A stretch of DNA of 64,000 nucleotides from Limnohabitans sp. (GCA_024642215.1 JAHEBO010000002.1:53360-117359); one strand, 5' to 3'; shown: positions 1-9,229, numbered from the stretch's first letter. Translations and numbers: made by a program. Notes: generated by a model not told the origin, from the letters alone.

Positions 1-1
1 T

Positions 2-988
2 TCGTGTTTGGTTCGCGTTGATTTGTCGGGTGCCGTCACGGCCATGATGGGCACCTCGACGTCAGGACAAGCCCATGAAACCATGGTCTCCACTGTGGTG
101 GGTGAAATCTTGCACCGTGAGCCCGACGGCATTCGTGTGTTGCATGCTGACTCGCTCAATGCACTGCCCTCCAACAGTCCTGTCGGCAGCCGCATGGCCA
201 TCATGTTGGGTGGCGCTGCAGCGGGTGCCGCCAAAAAGATCAAGCAAAAATTGCTTCTAATTGCCGCGCACAACTTAGGCGTTGCCATCGAAGATTTGGT
301 CTACGAAGGCGGCCATGTGCAATCTCAAAGCACGCCATCACTCAAGTTGTCTTGGGATGCGTTGGTCGAAATTGCCCACCGCAAATTCCACAAATTACCC
401 GAAGGCATGGAGCCGGGATTGCAAGAAAAATTTGTATGGGAAGTGCCTACAGGCGGCATGTTGCCGACAGAAGATGGCCGCGTTCAGATGTACCCATGCC
501 ACTCCTTTGAATCGCATGTGGTCTTAACGAGCATTGATCCTGAAACCTGCAAAGTGACGGTACGCAAATATGTCTGCGGTCACGATTGCGGCGTGATGAT
601 CAGCCCAGATGTGGTTCACGGCATGACCTATGGCGGCATTGCGCATGGCCTGGGTGCCGCGTTGATGGAAAAATTTGCATTTTCGCCAGAAGGTCAGTTG
701 CTCTCTGGCACCTTCATGGACTACTTGTTGCCATCGTCGGCTGAAGTGCCTGCTATCACCATTGTGGATCACTGCACCCCCTCACCATTGACAGAATTTG
801 GACAAAAGGGTTCAGGTGAAGCCGGCTATTTGGGCAGCCCAGCAGCCATTGCAAGTGCGGTCAATGACGCCTTGTCAACACAAGGCGCCAAGATCGATCA
901 TCTGCCTATGACACCTCAAGCGATTTGGACAGCACTTAATCTGGCGCGAGCTGCACAAACTTCCCAGTCAAACGAAAGATTGACATGA
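2..988 (+). CDS. Molybdopterin-binding large subunit of a xanthine dehydrogenase / CO dehydrogenase (CoxL-like) family hydroxylase; C-terminal part only, 5' end lies upstream of the window
   Basis: The frame is open from the window edge, so the TTG at 8 is only the first start-like codon. The translation looks like the C-terminal Mo-cofactor domain of this family, including ...FGQKGSGEAGYLGSPAAIASAVNDAL... with the conserved Glu. A coxG-like gene lies downstream in the same operon. Confidence 0.8.
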   Translation, partial: SCLVRVDLSGAVTAMMGTSTSGQAHETMVSTVVGEILHREPDGIRVLHADSLNALPSNSPVGSRMAIMLGGAAAGAAKKIKQKLLLIAAHNLGVAIEDLVYEGGHVQSQSTPSLKLSWDALVEIAHRKFHKLPEGMEPGLQEKFVWEVPTGGMLPTEDGRVQMYPCHSFESHVVLTSIDPETCKVTVRKYVCGHDCGVMISPDVVHGMTYGGIAHGLGAALMEKFAFSPEGQLLSGTFMDYLLPSSAEVPAITIVDHCTPSPLTEFGQKGSGEAGYLGSPAAIASAVNDALSTQGAKIDHLPMTPQAIWTALNLARAAQTSQSNERLT

Positions 989-1812
989 CACACCAAAGTC
1001 AAACACAGTTGATTCAAGGCCAGGCCGGCAAAATTGCAGTCCACAGTCAAGGTCCAGAGAATGGACCTGTGGTGCTTTTAACGCATTCCATCTTGTCTTC
1101 AAGCATGATGTGGTTAGAGCAAGCCTATTTGCTGTCTTCAACAGGTTGGCGCGTCGTGGCCATCGACACACGGGGTCACGGCCAGTCCGAATGCCAGTCT
1201 GTCACCTGCACCATGGACGATTTGGTGGCCGACACCATCGCCGTCATGGACGCCCTGAAGATCGACAAAGCACACTACATGGGCTTGTCCTTGGGTGGCA
1301 TGAGTGGCGTGGGTCTGGGCGTTCAGCATGCCCATCGCTTACTCAGCATGGTGCTATGCGATTGCCGAGCTGACATGCCAGCGCCCATGGGTGATGTTTG
1401 GAATGACCGCATCACAAGCGCCATCAGCGAAGGCTGTCAGTCTTTGGCTGTGGCCACCACAGAACGTTGGTTTGGCATTCCCTTTATTGAAGCCAATGAT
1501 GTCGTTGGAAAAGCTTTCCGTCAAACCATCGCAAGCACCACCGCAACCGGGTTTGTCAGTTGTGCCCGTGCCATTCAAGGCCTCAACTATTTGGATCAAG
1601 TTGCACAAATCAAGGTTCCCACCACACTGATTGTGGGTGCCAAAGATGGCCCCTTGCCACAAGCCATGCAAGACATGCAGCAACGTATGCCAGGCGCTAA
1701 GTTGGAGATCATTCCCAATGCAGGTCATCTCCCCAACATCGACCAATCCGTTTTATTCAACGCTGCAATGATGCGGCACTTTTTCCAAAACCCAGCATGG
1801 AGTCAAGCATGA
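985..1812 (+). CDS. Alpha/beta-fold hydrolase, 3-oxoadipate enol-lactonase-like
   Basis: 275 aa. Nucleophile elbow GLSLGGMSG and C-terminal ...NAGHLPN... His motif. The ATGA start/stop overlap with the upstream gene (985-988) indicates translational coupling. Confidence 0.8.
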   Translation: MTHQSQTQLIQGQAGKIAVHSQGPENGPVVLLTHSILSSSMMWLEQAYLLSSTGWRVVAIDTRGHGQSECQSVTCTMDDLVADTIAVMDALKIDKAHYMGLSLGGMSGVGLGVQHAHRLLSMVLCDCRADMPAPMGDVWNDRITSAISEGCQSLAVATTERWFGIPFIEANDVVGKAFRQTIASTTATGFVSCARAIQGLNYLDQVAQIKVPTTLIVGAKDGPLPQAMQDMQQRMPGAKLEIIPNAGHLPNIDQSVLFNAAMMRHFFQNPAWSQA

Positions 1813-2540
1813 GCGATCAAATTCAAATTCAACAAGATGGCCGCATTTTGCGCATCACTTTTAACCGCCCAGATGGCAATGGCGTCTCCGACAGCATGGC
1901 TGCAGCTTTGTCTGAAGCAGTTCTGCAAGCCCATGAAACATCCGACTGCGTGGTGCTGCGCAGCGTGGGCCCCGATTTCTGCACAGGCCGTGTCCGTGAT
2001 GCTGACTTTCCGCCCTCACCCGAAGCGTACGCCCGCCGCCCAGAATACGATTCCATCTTCAACAGCTACAAAGCATTGCGCAGCTGCTTGGTCCCTGTGA
2101 TCGGCGTGATTGAGGGCAAGTGCATGGGCTTTGGAACGGCCATTGCTTCTTTGTGTGATGTGTCATTTGCAAGCGATAAAGCCACTTTCAACATTCCAGA
2201 AATTGCGCACAATGTGATGCCGACCATGGTGATGTCGGCCATTTACGACCGCATGAATCGCAATGCCATTTTGTACATGGCGTATTCCGCAGATTTCATC
2301 AGTGCAGCACAAGCCCAGTCTTATGGCATTGTGAGCAATGTGGTGCCAGAAGCGCAGTTGGACGCAGAGTTAACGCGCTTCTGTGATTTGTTGCTGAGCC
2401 GCCCTCGCCCTGCCATCTTGGGTCTGAAAGAGTACTTGCGTGTTGCGCCGCGCATGGACGAACAAGGCGCCATTGACTATGCACGCAGCCTGCACTCCAT
2501 GGTCAACACATCTGCTGCCATGAAGAAAAAAGCCCACTGA
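1809..2540 (+). CDS. Enoyl-CoA hydratase/isomerase (crotonase) family protein
   Basis: Crotonase-like N-terminus (ILRITFNRPDGNGVS...VVLRSVGPDFCTGRV). The ATG at 1809 forms an ATGA overlap with the upstream stop. The track start at 1797 is an alternative. Confidence 0.75.
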   Translation: MSDQIQIQQDGRILRITFNRPDGNGVSDSMAAALSEAVLQAHETSDCVVLRSVGPDFCTGRVRDADFPPSPEAYARRPEYDSIFNSYKALRSCLVPVIGVIEGKCMGFGTAIASLCDVSFASDKATFNIPEIAHNVMPTMVMSAIYDRMNRNAILYMAYSADFISAAQAQSYGIVSNVVPEAQLDAELTRFCDLLLSRPRPAILGLKEYLRVAPRMDEQGAIDYARSLHSMVNTSAAMKKKAH

Positions 2541-2566
2541 AACGCATCGACTGAGGTAAGAACACC

Positions 2567-3196
2567 ATGGAAATTTTAGGACAACAAATCATTTCAGCAC
2601 CGCGTCAAAAAGTGTGGGATGCACTGAATGACCCTGTGGTTCTGAAGGCCAGCTTGCCCGGATGCGAGTCAGTCGAGCGTGTCTCACCCGAAGAATTTCG
2701 AGTGATCATCAAAACTGCCATTGGCCCACTCAAAGCGCGTTTTCAAGGTTCTTTGAAAATTGCTGAAGCCAGCCCACCTGAATCTTGCATCATGCAATTT
2801 GAGGGACAAGGTGGTGCTGTTGGTTTTGGCAAAGGCACTTCAACGGTCAAATTGAAAGATGTTCCCGAAGGAACTGAATTGAGCTATGAAGCCAAAGCTC
2901 AAATTGGTGGCAAGCTTGCGCAAGTCGGCTCACGCCTCATCGACAGTGTTGCGAAAAAAATGGCCGACGATTTTTTCAAGGCCTTTCAAAATGAACTGTC
3001 GCCGCAAGAAAAAGTCGGCGATGACGTTTCTGAAAAACAAGCACATGCGCCCAAAGCCAACACGCAGACTCATTCAAATCAAGTAACGGCGCCAACTGAA
3101 ATTGCGGTGACCGACAAGGTACCTGCATGGTGGCTGCTCCCGGCCGCTTTATTGGGCGCAGCTTTGATGCTGGCTGGCTCTCGCTGGATGAATTGA
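2567..3196 (+). CDS. CoxG-like SRPBCC family protein (CO dehydrogenase subunit G family) with a C-terminal hydrophobic anchor
   Basis: N-terminal ~150 aa match the CoxG pattern (MEILGQQIISAPRQKVWDALNDPVVLKASLPGCESVE...AQIGGKLAQVGSRLIDSVAKKMADDFF). The last ~25 aa, VPAWWLLPAALLGAALMLAGSRWMN, look like a TM helix. A GAGG SD lies upstream. Confidence 0.8.
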   Translation: MEILGQQIISAPRQKVWDALNDPVVLKASLPGCESVERVSPEEFRVIIKTAIGPLKARFQGSLKIAEASPPESCIMQFEGQGGAVGFGKGTSTVKLKDVPEGTELSYEAKAQIGGKLAQVGSRLIDSVAKKMADDFFKAFQNELSPQEKVGDDVSEKQAHAPKANTQTHSNQVTAPTEIAVTDKVPAWWLLPAALLGAALMLAGSRWMN

Positions 3197-3229
3197 TCAG
3201 TGTGGCCGTTAGATTGAAGGAGTTCAAAC

Positions 3230-4360
3230 ATGAATCAGTATTTCAACCGGCAACAACTTAAAGGATTGAGTATGGCAAAGCAATGGTTTTTCGGCTTGAT
3301 TCTTCTCAATGCATTCACAGTATCAGTTGCCGTGGCACAACCAAGCCCTGGCAACACTGCTTCGGTGGCCCAAGTGGCAAGCGCCAACACAAATCTATTG
3401 CAATACGACAAACCAGACCGTGCTGATAAGGTTCTAGAGTCGGCCCTTAAAGAAGGAACCTTAACGCTTTACACCGCTTTTCGTCCGCAAGATTTGCCAC
3501 TGATCATTGCGCCCTTTGAAGCTAAATATGGCATCAAGGTCAAGGCATGGCGTTCCGGCAGTAACAACGTGACACAACGGGTGGTTCGTGAGGCCGCAGG
3601 CAAACGTCCTGAGGTGGACGTGATCATGATGCCCGCCAGTGAAATGGAGGCGGTTTACAGAGAAAAGCTTTTGCAGCCTATCACCTCCCCACTCACCAAA
3701 GACCTCATTTCAAGCGCCCTGCCCGCACACAAAAATTGGGCCACAGTGTTCATGAACGTGACCGTTCATTCCTACAACACACAGTTGATTAAAAAAGAAG
3801 ACTTGCCCAAAACTTATAACGACTTGCTCGATCCCAAATGGAAAGGAAAATTGGGCGTCGAGTCCAAAGCCGAAGAATGGTACAGCAAAGTGGTCACTGT
3901 GATGGGCGAAGAAAAAGGCACCAAATACTTTCGAGAATTGGTGACCAAAAACGGCATGTCGGCACGATTAGGCGCGTCATTGCTGCACAACCTGGTCATT
4001 GCTGGAGAAGTTCCCTTGGCCATGACGGTCTACATTGATTTGCCCGAAAAAGACAAACGCGCTGGTAAGCCTGTCGATTGGTTTGCATTAGATCCGGTTG
4101 TTGCGCAAGGCTTCAACATGTCGATCGCCCAAAAAGCACAACACCCGCATGCTGCTTTGCTGTTCTATGACTACATGTTGTCACCAGAGACTCAAAAGTT
4201 GTTGGCTTCACTCCATTACTACCCAGCCAGCACCAAAGTCACAAATCCTTATCCCAACATGAAGATTGAAGTCATTGACCCAGTGGTCACTATGGACACT
4301 TTCACAAAGTGGACCAAATCGTTTGATGACGTTGTGATCAAAAACTCCAGTTCTAAATAA
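3230..4360 (+). CDS. Periplasmic ABC-type solute-binding protein (family 1, Fe3+/polyamine-like fold), orphan
   Basis: 376 aa. A strong GAAGGAG SD lies 7 nt before the ATG. The N-terminal signal-like segment is WFFGLILLNAFTVSVAVAQP. It is a paralog of 8174-9229 (shared DLPKTY.DLLDPKWKG.LG.E, GEVPLA.TVY, ALLFYDYMLS). No permease or ATPase gene is adjacent. Confidence 0.75.
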   Translation: MNQYFNRQQLKGLSMAKQWFFGLILLNAFTVSVAVAQPSPGNTASVAQVASANTNLLQYDKPDRADKVLESALKEGTLTLYTAFRPQDLPLIIAPFEAKYGIKVKAWRSGSNNVTQRVVREAAGKRPEVDVIMMPASEMEAVYREKLLQPITSPLTKDLISSALPAHKNWATVFMNVTVHSYNTQLIKKEDLPKTYNDLLDPKWKGKLGVESKAEEWYSKVVTVMGEEKGTKYFRELVTKNGMSARLGASLLHNLVIAGEVPLAMTVYIDLPEKDKRAGKPVDWFALDPVVAQGFNMSIAQKAQHPHAALLFYDYMLSPETQKLLASLHYYPASTKVTNPYPNMKIEVIDPVVTMDTFTKWTKSFDDVVIKNSSSK

Positions 4361-4376
4361 AACTCACACATTTCCA

Positions 4377-6170
4377 ATGAAAACAACTACGACCCCAACC
4401 AAAGCGCCTGCAACCAAAGTGAAGGGCAAATCAACTCAGCGTGGCTACCGCGACTTGCATGAGCATTTGGCTGAACTGGACAAGCAAGGCTTGTTGGTGA
4501 CCGTAGACCGTCCCATCAACAAAGACACGGAATTGCACCCACTGGTTCGTTGGCAATTTCGTGGTGGCATTGCAGAACCAGACCGCAAAGCTTTCTTGTT
4601 TACCAATGTGGTCAACGGCAAAGGCAAAAAATACGACATCCCCGTGGTGGTGGGTGCATTGGCTGCCACTCGCAAGATTTACAGCGTAGGCATGGGTTGC
4701 AACATTGAAGACATTGGCAAGACGTGGAGTCACGCCATTGCCAACCCCATCAAGCCCAACATTCTGAAAGATGCACCTTGCCAAGAAATTGTCGTTCAAG
4801 GCAAAGAGCTTTTAAAGCCAGGCAAAGGTGTTGACAGCTTGCCCATTCCAATTTCCACACCAGGTTGGGACAACGCTCCCTACACCACCCTGTCGCAGTA
4901 CATCTCCAAAGACCCCGAAACGGGCATTCAAAACATGGGGATTTACAGAGGTCAGGTGAAATCTCCTACTCGCTTGGGCATGAACCCTTCATTGGAAAAT
5001 CAACCAGGCATCTACACACATTGGGAAAAAGCCAAAGCGAAAGGTGAAAAATTACCAGCCGCAATTATTTTGGGCTGCCCACCTTGCGTCGCATTCACAT
5101 CCGCACAAAAACTGTCAGAAGACACTGATGAATTGCACGTGGCAGGCGGATTGGCTGGCGCGCCGATCAACGTTGTGAAGTGCAAAACCGTTGATTTGCT
5201 GGTGCCTGCAGAAGCTGAAATTGTGATTGAAGGCTACATCAACACAGAATGGCTGGAGCCAGAAGCGCCGTTTGGTGAATCACATGGCCACGTGAACCTG
5301 CAAGAGTTCAATGCCTACATGGAAGTGACAGCCATTACGCGTCGCAAAGATGCCATTTTGACGTCCATCATTTCACAAGTTACCCCTTCTGAGTCAAGTC
5401 TGATTAAACGTGTCGCGCTGGAGCCTGTGTTCCTCAATCACTTGAGCAAGGCCATGGGCATCAAAGGGGTGAAGAAGGTGGTGATGCATGAGCCGCTGAC
5501 CAACTTGCGCAAAGTAATATCCATTGTGGTCGACCGCAAAATGCCACAAACAGAAGTGTGGCGCGCCTTGTATGGCGCAGCGTCATTGCTTCGTTCTGGC
5601 GGCAAAATGGTGATTGCAGTCAATGAGGACATTGATCCTGACAACGCAGATGCATTGCTCTGGGCCATGAGCTACCGTGCCAACTTTGCACTCGACTTGC
5701 AAGTACTTCAAAACAGAGATCCTGGACACGGTCCACGCAGTCCCCGCAACGGTGGCATGGACTCTTCCTTGTTGATCGACGCCACACTGAAAGACAACTT
5801 CCCTCCCATTGCGTTGCCTAAAAAAGAATTCATGGAAAATGCCAAGGCCATTTGGGAAGAATTGGGCTTGCCAAAACTCAAGCCAGAAGCACCTTGGTTT
5901 GGTTACTCTTTGGGCGACTGGAGTGAGCGCAACGAGCAAATGGCCCAACGTGCCGTGAAAGGCGACTATTTCATCACAGGCGAAGAAATTGCCAAAATGC
6001 GCCGCAAGGATGTGGCCATGAACACAGAAATAAAGCACGTCATGGATGACGAAGGTCGCAAAGCATTGCCAGAGAAACCGAAGGCAAAGGTTCAAGCCAA
6101 AGCAAAAGTCAAACCAGCAGTCAAGGCCAAGGCAACTGTTGTTGTGAAAAAGAAAACTGCAAAGAAGTAA
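4377..6170 (+). CDS. UbiD-family (prFMN-dependent) decarboxylase with Lys/Ala/Pro-rich N- and C-terminal tails
   Basis: 597 aa. The UbiD-like core begins ...GYRDLHEHLAELDKQGLLVTVDRPINKDTELHPLVRWQFRGG... and extends to about ...PPIALPKKEFMENAKAIWEELGLP.... The C-terminal tail is ...PEKPKAKVQAKAKVKPAVKAKATVVVKKKTAKK. Confidence 0.85.
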   Translation: MKTTTTPTKAPATKVKGKSTQRGYRDLHEHLAELDKQGLLVTVDRPINKDTELHPLVRWQFRGGIAEPDRKAFLFTNVVNGKGKKYDIPVVVGALAATRKIYSVGMGCNIEDIGKTWSHAIANPIKPNILKDAPCQEIVVQGKELLKPGKGVDSLPIPISTPGWDNAPYTTLSQYISKDPETGIQNMGIYRGQVKSPTRLGMNPSLENQPGIYTHWEKAKAKGEKLPAAIILGCPPCVAFTSAQKLSEDTDELHVAGGLAGAPINVVKCKTVDLLVPAEAEIVIEGYINTEWLEPEAPFGESHGHVNLQEFNAYMEVTAITRRKDAILTSIISQVTPSESSLIKRVALEPVFLNHLSKAMGIKGVKKVVMHEPLTNLRKVISIVVDRKMPQTEVWRALYGAASLLRSGGKMVIAVNEDIDPDNADALLWAMSYRANFALDLQVLQNRDPGHGPRSPRNGGMDSSLLIDATLKDNFPPIALPKKEFMENAKAIWEELGLPKLKPEAPWFGYSLGDWSERNEQMAQRAVKGDYFITGEEIAKMRRKDVAMNTEIKHVMDDEGRKALPEKPKAKVQAKAKVKPAVKAKATVVVKKKTAKK

Positions 6171-6186
6171 TTGGGCAAGGTGACAC

Positions 6187-7443
6187 ATGGAAAGCGCAAA
6201 ACACAACAAGCAACTGACCGAGGTGGGCAAAGGCACACCCATGGGCAATTTAATGCGCCGTTATTGGCAGCCCATTGGCGCCTTGGTCGAACTTGAAAAC
6301 AAGTGGACTCAAAGAATTCGTCTTTTAGGCGAAGATCTGGTTTTGTTCAAAGACCGTCAGGGTCGATTGGGGTTGATCGCAGAACAGTGCCCCCACCGAC
6401 GAGCGTCATTTGCCCATGGCATACCAACCGAAGAAGGCATTCGCTGCCCTTACCACGGTTGGGAATACAACGCCCAAGGCCAGTGCATCAACCAACCCAA
6501 TGAGCAAGACAAATGTGCATTCAGAGACAAGGTCAGCACCGATGCTTACCCTGTGCAAGAAATGGGTGGCATGTTGTGGGCCTACTTAGGGCCACAACCA
6601 CAACCCTTGTTGCCCCGCTGGGATGGCTTTGTGGCAGAAGGCACCATTCGCATCATGGGACGCACCATCTTGCCGATCAACTGGTTGCAAATCATGGAAA
6701 ACTCACTCGACCCTGTGCACACAGAATGGTTGCATGGTCATCACTATGAATTCTTAAAAGAGCAAGAAGGCGTGAAAGTGGCCATCAGCGCACGGCACCT
6801 CAAAATCGACTTCAAGGAGTTCGAGTACGGCATGACCAAGCATCGTTTGTTGGAAGGTCACTCAGAGGACGGCGACGATTGGAAAGTTGGACACCCTATT
6901 GTTTTTCCCAACATGTTGGCTGTTGGCAATGGCGATGAAAAATCTCGCTACTACTCATTCCAAATGCGCGTGCCGGTGGACGACACACACACCATGCACC
7001 TTTGGTTCAATGCCTATGTCCCGCCCAAAGGCGTGGAAGTACCTCAGCATCTTTTGGACAGAGTTCATACCTATGTGGTGCCCTATCTCGATGAGCAAGG
7101 TGAATTCATTGTAGACAACGTGGACGGTCAAGACATGATGGCCTGGGTTAGCCAAGGCCCGATTGCAGATCGCACGCAAGAAAACTTAGGAGCCACAGAC
7201 AAAGGCATTGTGATGTACCGCCGCATGCTCAAACGCGAGATGCAAAAAGTGGAAGCTGGCATTGACCCGATGGGTTTGGTACGCGACAGCGCTAAAAACA
7301 AGCAAATCGATTTGCCCAACGAAAAGAAAAAGCATCACAACAGCGATGGCTTTACAAGCTTCATGATGCGCACCCACGCAAAATACGCCCCCATTGCAAA
7401 CGATTTGTCCAAATTGTTTGAACCCCATCTTCACACTTCTTAA
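6187..7443 (+). CDS. Rieske [2Fe-2S] non-heme-iron oxygenase, phthalate-family alpha subunit type
   Basis: 418 aa. Rieske motif CPHRRASF...CPYHGWEY. Mononuclear iron motif ENSLDPVHTEWLHGHH (D-x2-H-x4-H). AAGGTGA SD upstream. No reductase or ferredoxin gene is adjacent. Confidence 0.85.
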   Translation: MESAKHNKQLTEVGKGTPMGNLMRRYWQPIGALVELENKWTQRIRLLGEDLVLFKDRQGRLGLIAEQCPHRRASFAHGIPTEEGIRCPYHGWEYNAQGQCINQPNEQDKCAFRDKVSTDAYPVQEMGGMLWAYLGPQPQPLLPRWDGFVAEGTIRIMGRTILPINWLQIMENSLDPVHTEWLHGHHYEFLKEQEGVKVAISARHLKIDFKEFEYGMTKHRLLEGHSEDGDDWKVGHPIVFPNMLAVGNGDEKSRYYSFQMRVPVDDTHTMHLWFNAYVPPKGVEVPQHLLDRVHTYVVPYLDEQGEFIVDNVDGQDMMAWVSQGPIADRTQENLGATDKGIVMYRRMLKREMQKVEAGIDPMGLVRDSAKNKQIDLPNEKKKHHNSDGFTSFMMRTHAKYAPIANDLSKLFEPHLHTS

Positions 7444-7447
7444 CATC

Positions 7448-8152
7448 ATGACTTTGAATGAACTCAAACAGCGCCTGATTGATGCAGGCCATATTTTAGA
7501 AAATGCAGGTCAAGGCGACCTCACGCGAGGCCATGTGTCCATTCGCTCGCCAGAAGATCCTTCAATTTTCATCATGAAGCCGCACAGTTATGGCTTCGAT
7601 GAAATCACGCCAGAAAACATCGTGGTGTGCAACATGGATGGCGTGAAAATTGAGGGGGGCGGCAGACGGCATAGCGAAGTGTTTATCCATTCAGAGATTT
7701 ACAAAGCTCGCCCTGATGTCAACAGCGTCATTCACACGCATCCCACCTATGCCGTGGCATTGTCTGCAACAGGCCAAGCACTTGAACCCATCAGTCAACC
7801 CGCGGTGGCCTTTGCCGATGGTCTGCCTTATTTCACCCGCGCCATTGACTTGGTTCGCAGCCAAGATCTGGGCGCAGCTGTTGCAACATCATTGGGTCAA
7901 CACAAGGCTGTTCTCTTGCGCAATCACGGTGCAGCCATTGTGGGTGCCAATGTTGAAGAAGCCACCATTTTGTCCATCATGCTAGACAATGCCTGCCAAA
8001 TTCAATTGGCCACAATGGCCGCTGGCGGCATTGGCGAAAAGTTCACCCCAGAACAAGTGAGCAAGTTGCACCACGACATCACGCGTCCTGAACAATATGT
8101 GATTAATTTTGAATATTTGAGAAGACGAGCGCAACGCCAACTGGGTCACTGA
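7448..8152 (+). CDS. Class II aldolase/adducin-domain protein
   Basis: 234 aa from the ATG at 7448, 4 nt after the Rieske stop. The longer track ORF from 7394 would overlap the Rieske gene. Metal-ligand region ...HSEIYKARPDVNSVIHTHPTYAVAL... and ...LLRNHGAAIVG.... Confidence 0.8.
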   Translation: MTLNELKQRLIDAGHILENAGQGDLTRGHVSIRSPEDPSIFIMKPHSYGFDEITPENIVVCNMDGVKIEGGGRRHSEVFIHSEIYKARPDVNSVIHTHPTYAVALSATGQALEPISQPAVAFADGLPYFTRAIDLVRSQDLGAAVATSLGQHKAVLLRNHGAAIVGANVEEATILSIMLDNACQIQLATMAAGGIGEKFTPEQVSKLHHDITRPEQYVINFEYLRRRAQRQLGH

Positions 8153-8173
8153 ACACTGTTTATAGGACACACC

Positions 8174-9229
8174 ATGCTCAACATGAAATTCACTTTTTTA
8201 ACCGCTGTGTTGATGGCCTTGTTGGGGCCGTCACATGCACAAGTTGTCGATCCAAGCAAGCCCATGGCCATTTCTGAAATGGCTGTCTATCAAGGTCCAG
8301 ACAGACAGGCCAAACTGATCGAAGGCGCAAAAAAAGAGTCTGGACTTTCTGTTTACCACACCTACCCTGCATTGACCAACCTCATGAATGAGTTTGGCAA
8401 GAAGTACGGCATTAAAGTTAAATCTTGGCGAGCAGGTTCTGAAGCTGTGTTGCAACGTGTGACCAATGAAAGTCGCGGCAATAAATTTGATGTCGACATT
8501 GTTCAAAACAATGCACCTGAAAATGAAGCCGCCTTTCGCGAGAAACTGCTCATCGAGGTAAAGTCACCTTTCCAATCTGATCTCTTGCCGCAAGCCGTGC
8601 CGCTGCACAAACAATGGGTTGGCATTACCTTGGACATTTGGACGGCTGCCTACAACACAGAGAAAATCAAAAAGGAAGATTTGCCAAAAACCTACAAAGA
8701 TTTGCTAGATCCAAAATGGAAAGGCCAATTAGGAATTGAGGGCAACAACCACGCGTGGTTTGGCGCAATGATGGCAAAAATGGGCGAAGATGAAGGTCAA
8801 AAATTGTTTGCCAACATTGCCAATACCAATGGCATTTCAAACCGCAAAGGTCACTCATTGCTGACCATGATGGTGTCATCTGGCGAAGTGCCATTGGCGC
8901 TCACGGTATACAGCTGGAACCCCGAACAATTGAAAGTCAAAGGCGCACCTGTAGAGGGCTTGGCACTGCAACCGCTGATGGCGCAGCCCAGCACCATTGC
9001 CATGTTGAAAAAGGCGCCCAACCCTTACACGGCATTGCTTTTCTATGACTACATGCTGTCTGAAGGACAAAAGCAACTTTTCGATTTGAAATTTGTACCG
9101 ACCAGCAAGAAATATGAATTGCCGTTCCCCAAAATTCCTTTAAATTTCATTGATCCTGCCATGGCCCTTGATCAACAAGCCAAATGGTTCAAGATGTTTG
9201 AAGAGACTGTTGTCAAGAGAGCCAAGTAA
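8174..9229 (+). CDS. Periplasmic ABC-type solute-binding protein (family 1), orphan; paralog of 3230-4360
   Basis: 351 aa. Signal peptide FTFLTAVLMALLGPSHAQ. Extensive collinear similarity to the 3230-4360 product. No cognate membrane components are adjacent. Confidence 0.75.
   Translation: MLNMKFTFLTAVLMALLGPSHAQVVDPSKPMAISEMAVYQGPDRQAKLIEGAKKESGLSVYHTYPALTNLMNEFGKKYGIKVKSWRAGSEAVLQRVTNESRGNKFDVDIVQNNAPENEAAFREKLLIEVKSPFQSDLLPQAVPLHKQWVGITLDIWTAAYNTEKIKKEDLPKTYKDLLDPKWKGQLGIEGNNHAWFGAMMAKMGEDEGQKLFANIANTNGISNRKGHSLLTMMVSSGEVPLALTVYSWNPEQLKVKGAPVEGLALQPLMAQPSTIAMLKKAPNPYTALLFYDYMLSEGQKQLFDLKFVPTSKKYELPFPKIPLNFIDPAMALDQQAKWFKMFEETVVKRAK

Noticed and set aside
6060-6170. The possibility that the Lys/Ala tail of UbiD and the small Lys/Ala/Glu protein (33441-33671) derive from one repeated DNA element.
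   Set aside because: The nucleotide sequences are not alignable by eye beyond generic GCN/AAR codons. The similarity is compositional only.
5583-6248. Long antisense ORFs. Examples: 5583-6248 (221 aa) opposite UbiD, 29480-30043 opposite selD, 32652-33260 opposite the transglutaminase gene, 38074-38631 opposite purT, 48931-49602 opposite the FAD enzyme, 62491-63066 opposite a Bug gene, 26514-27062, 22837-23385 and 59320-59859.
   Set aside because: Each lies entirely inside a confidently assigned gene on the other strand. Their translations are Arg/His/Gly/Cys-rich with no family resemblance. Open antisense frames of this kind are a normal by-product of codon bias.
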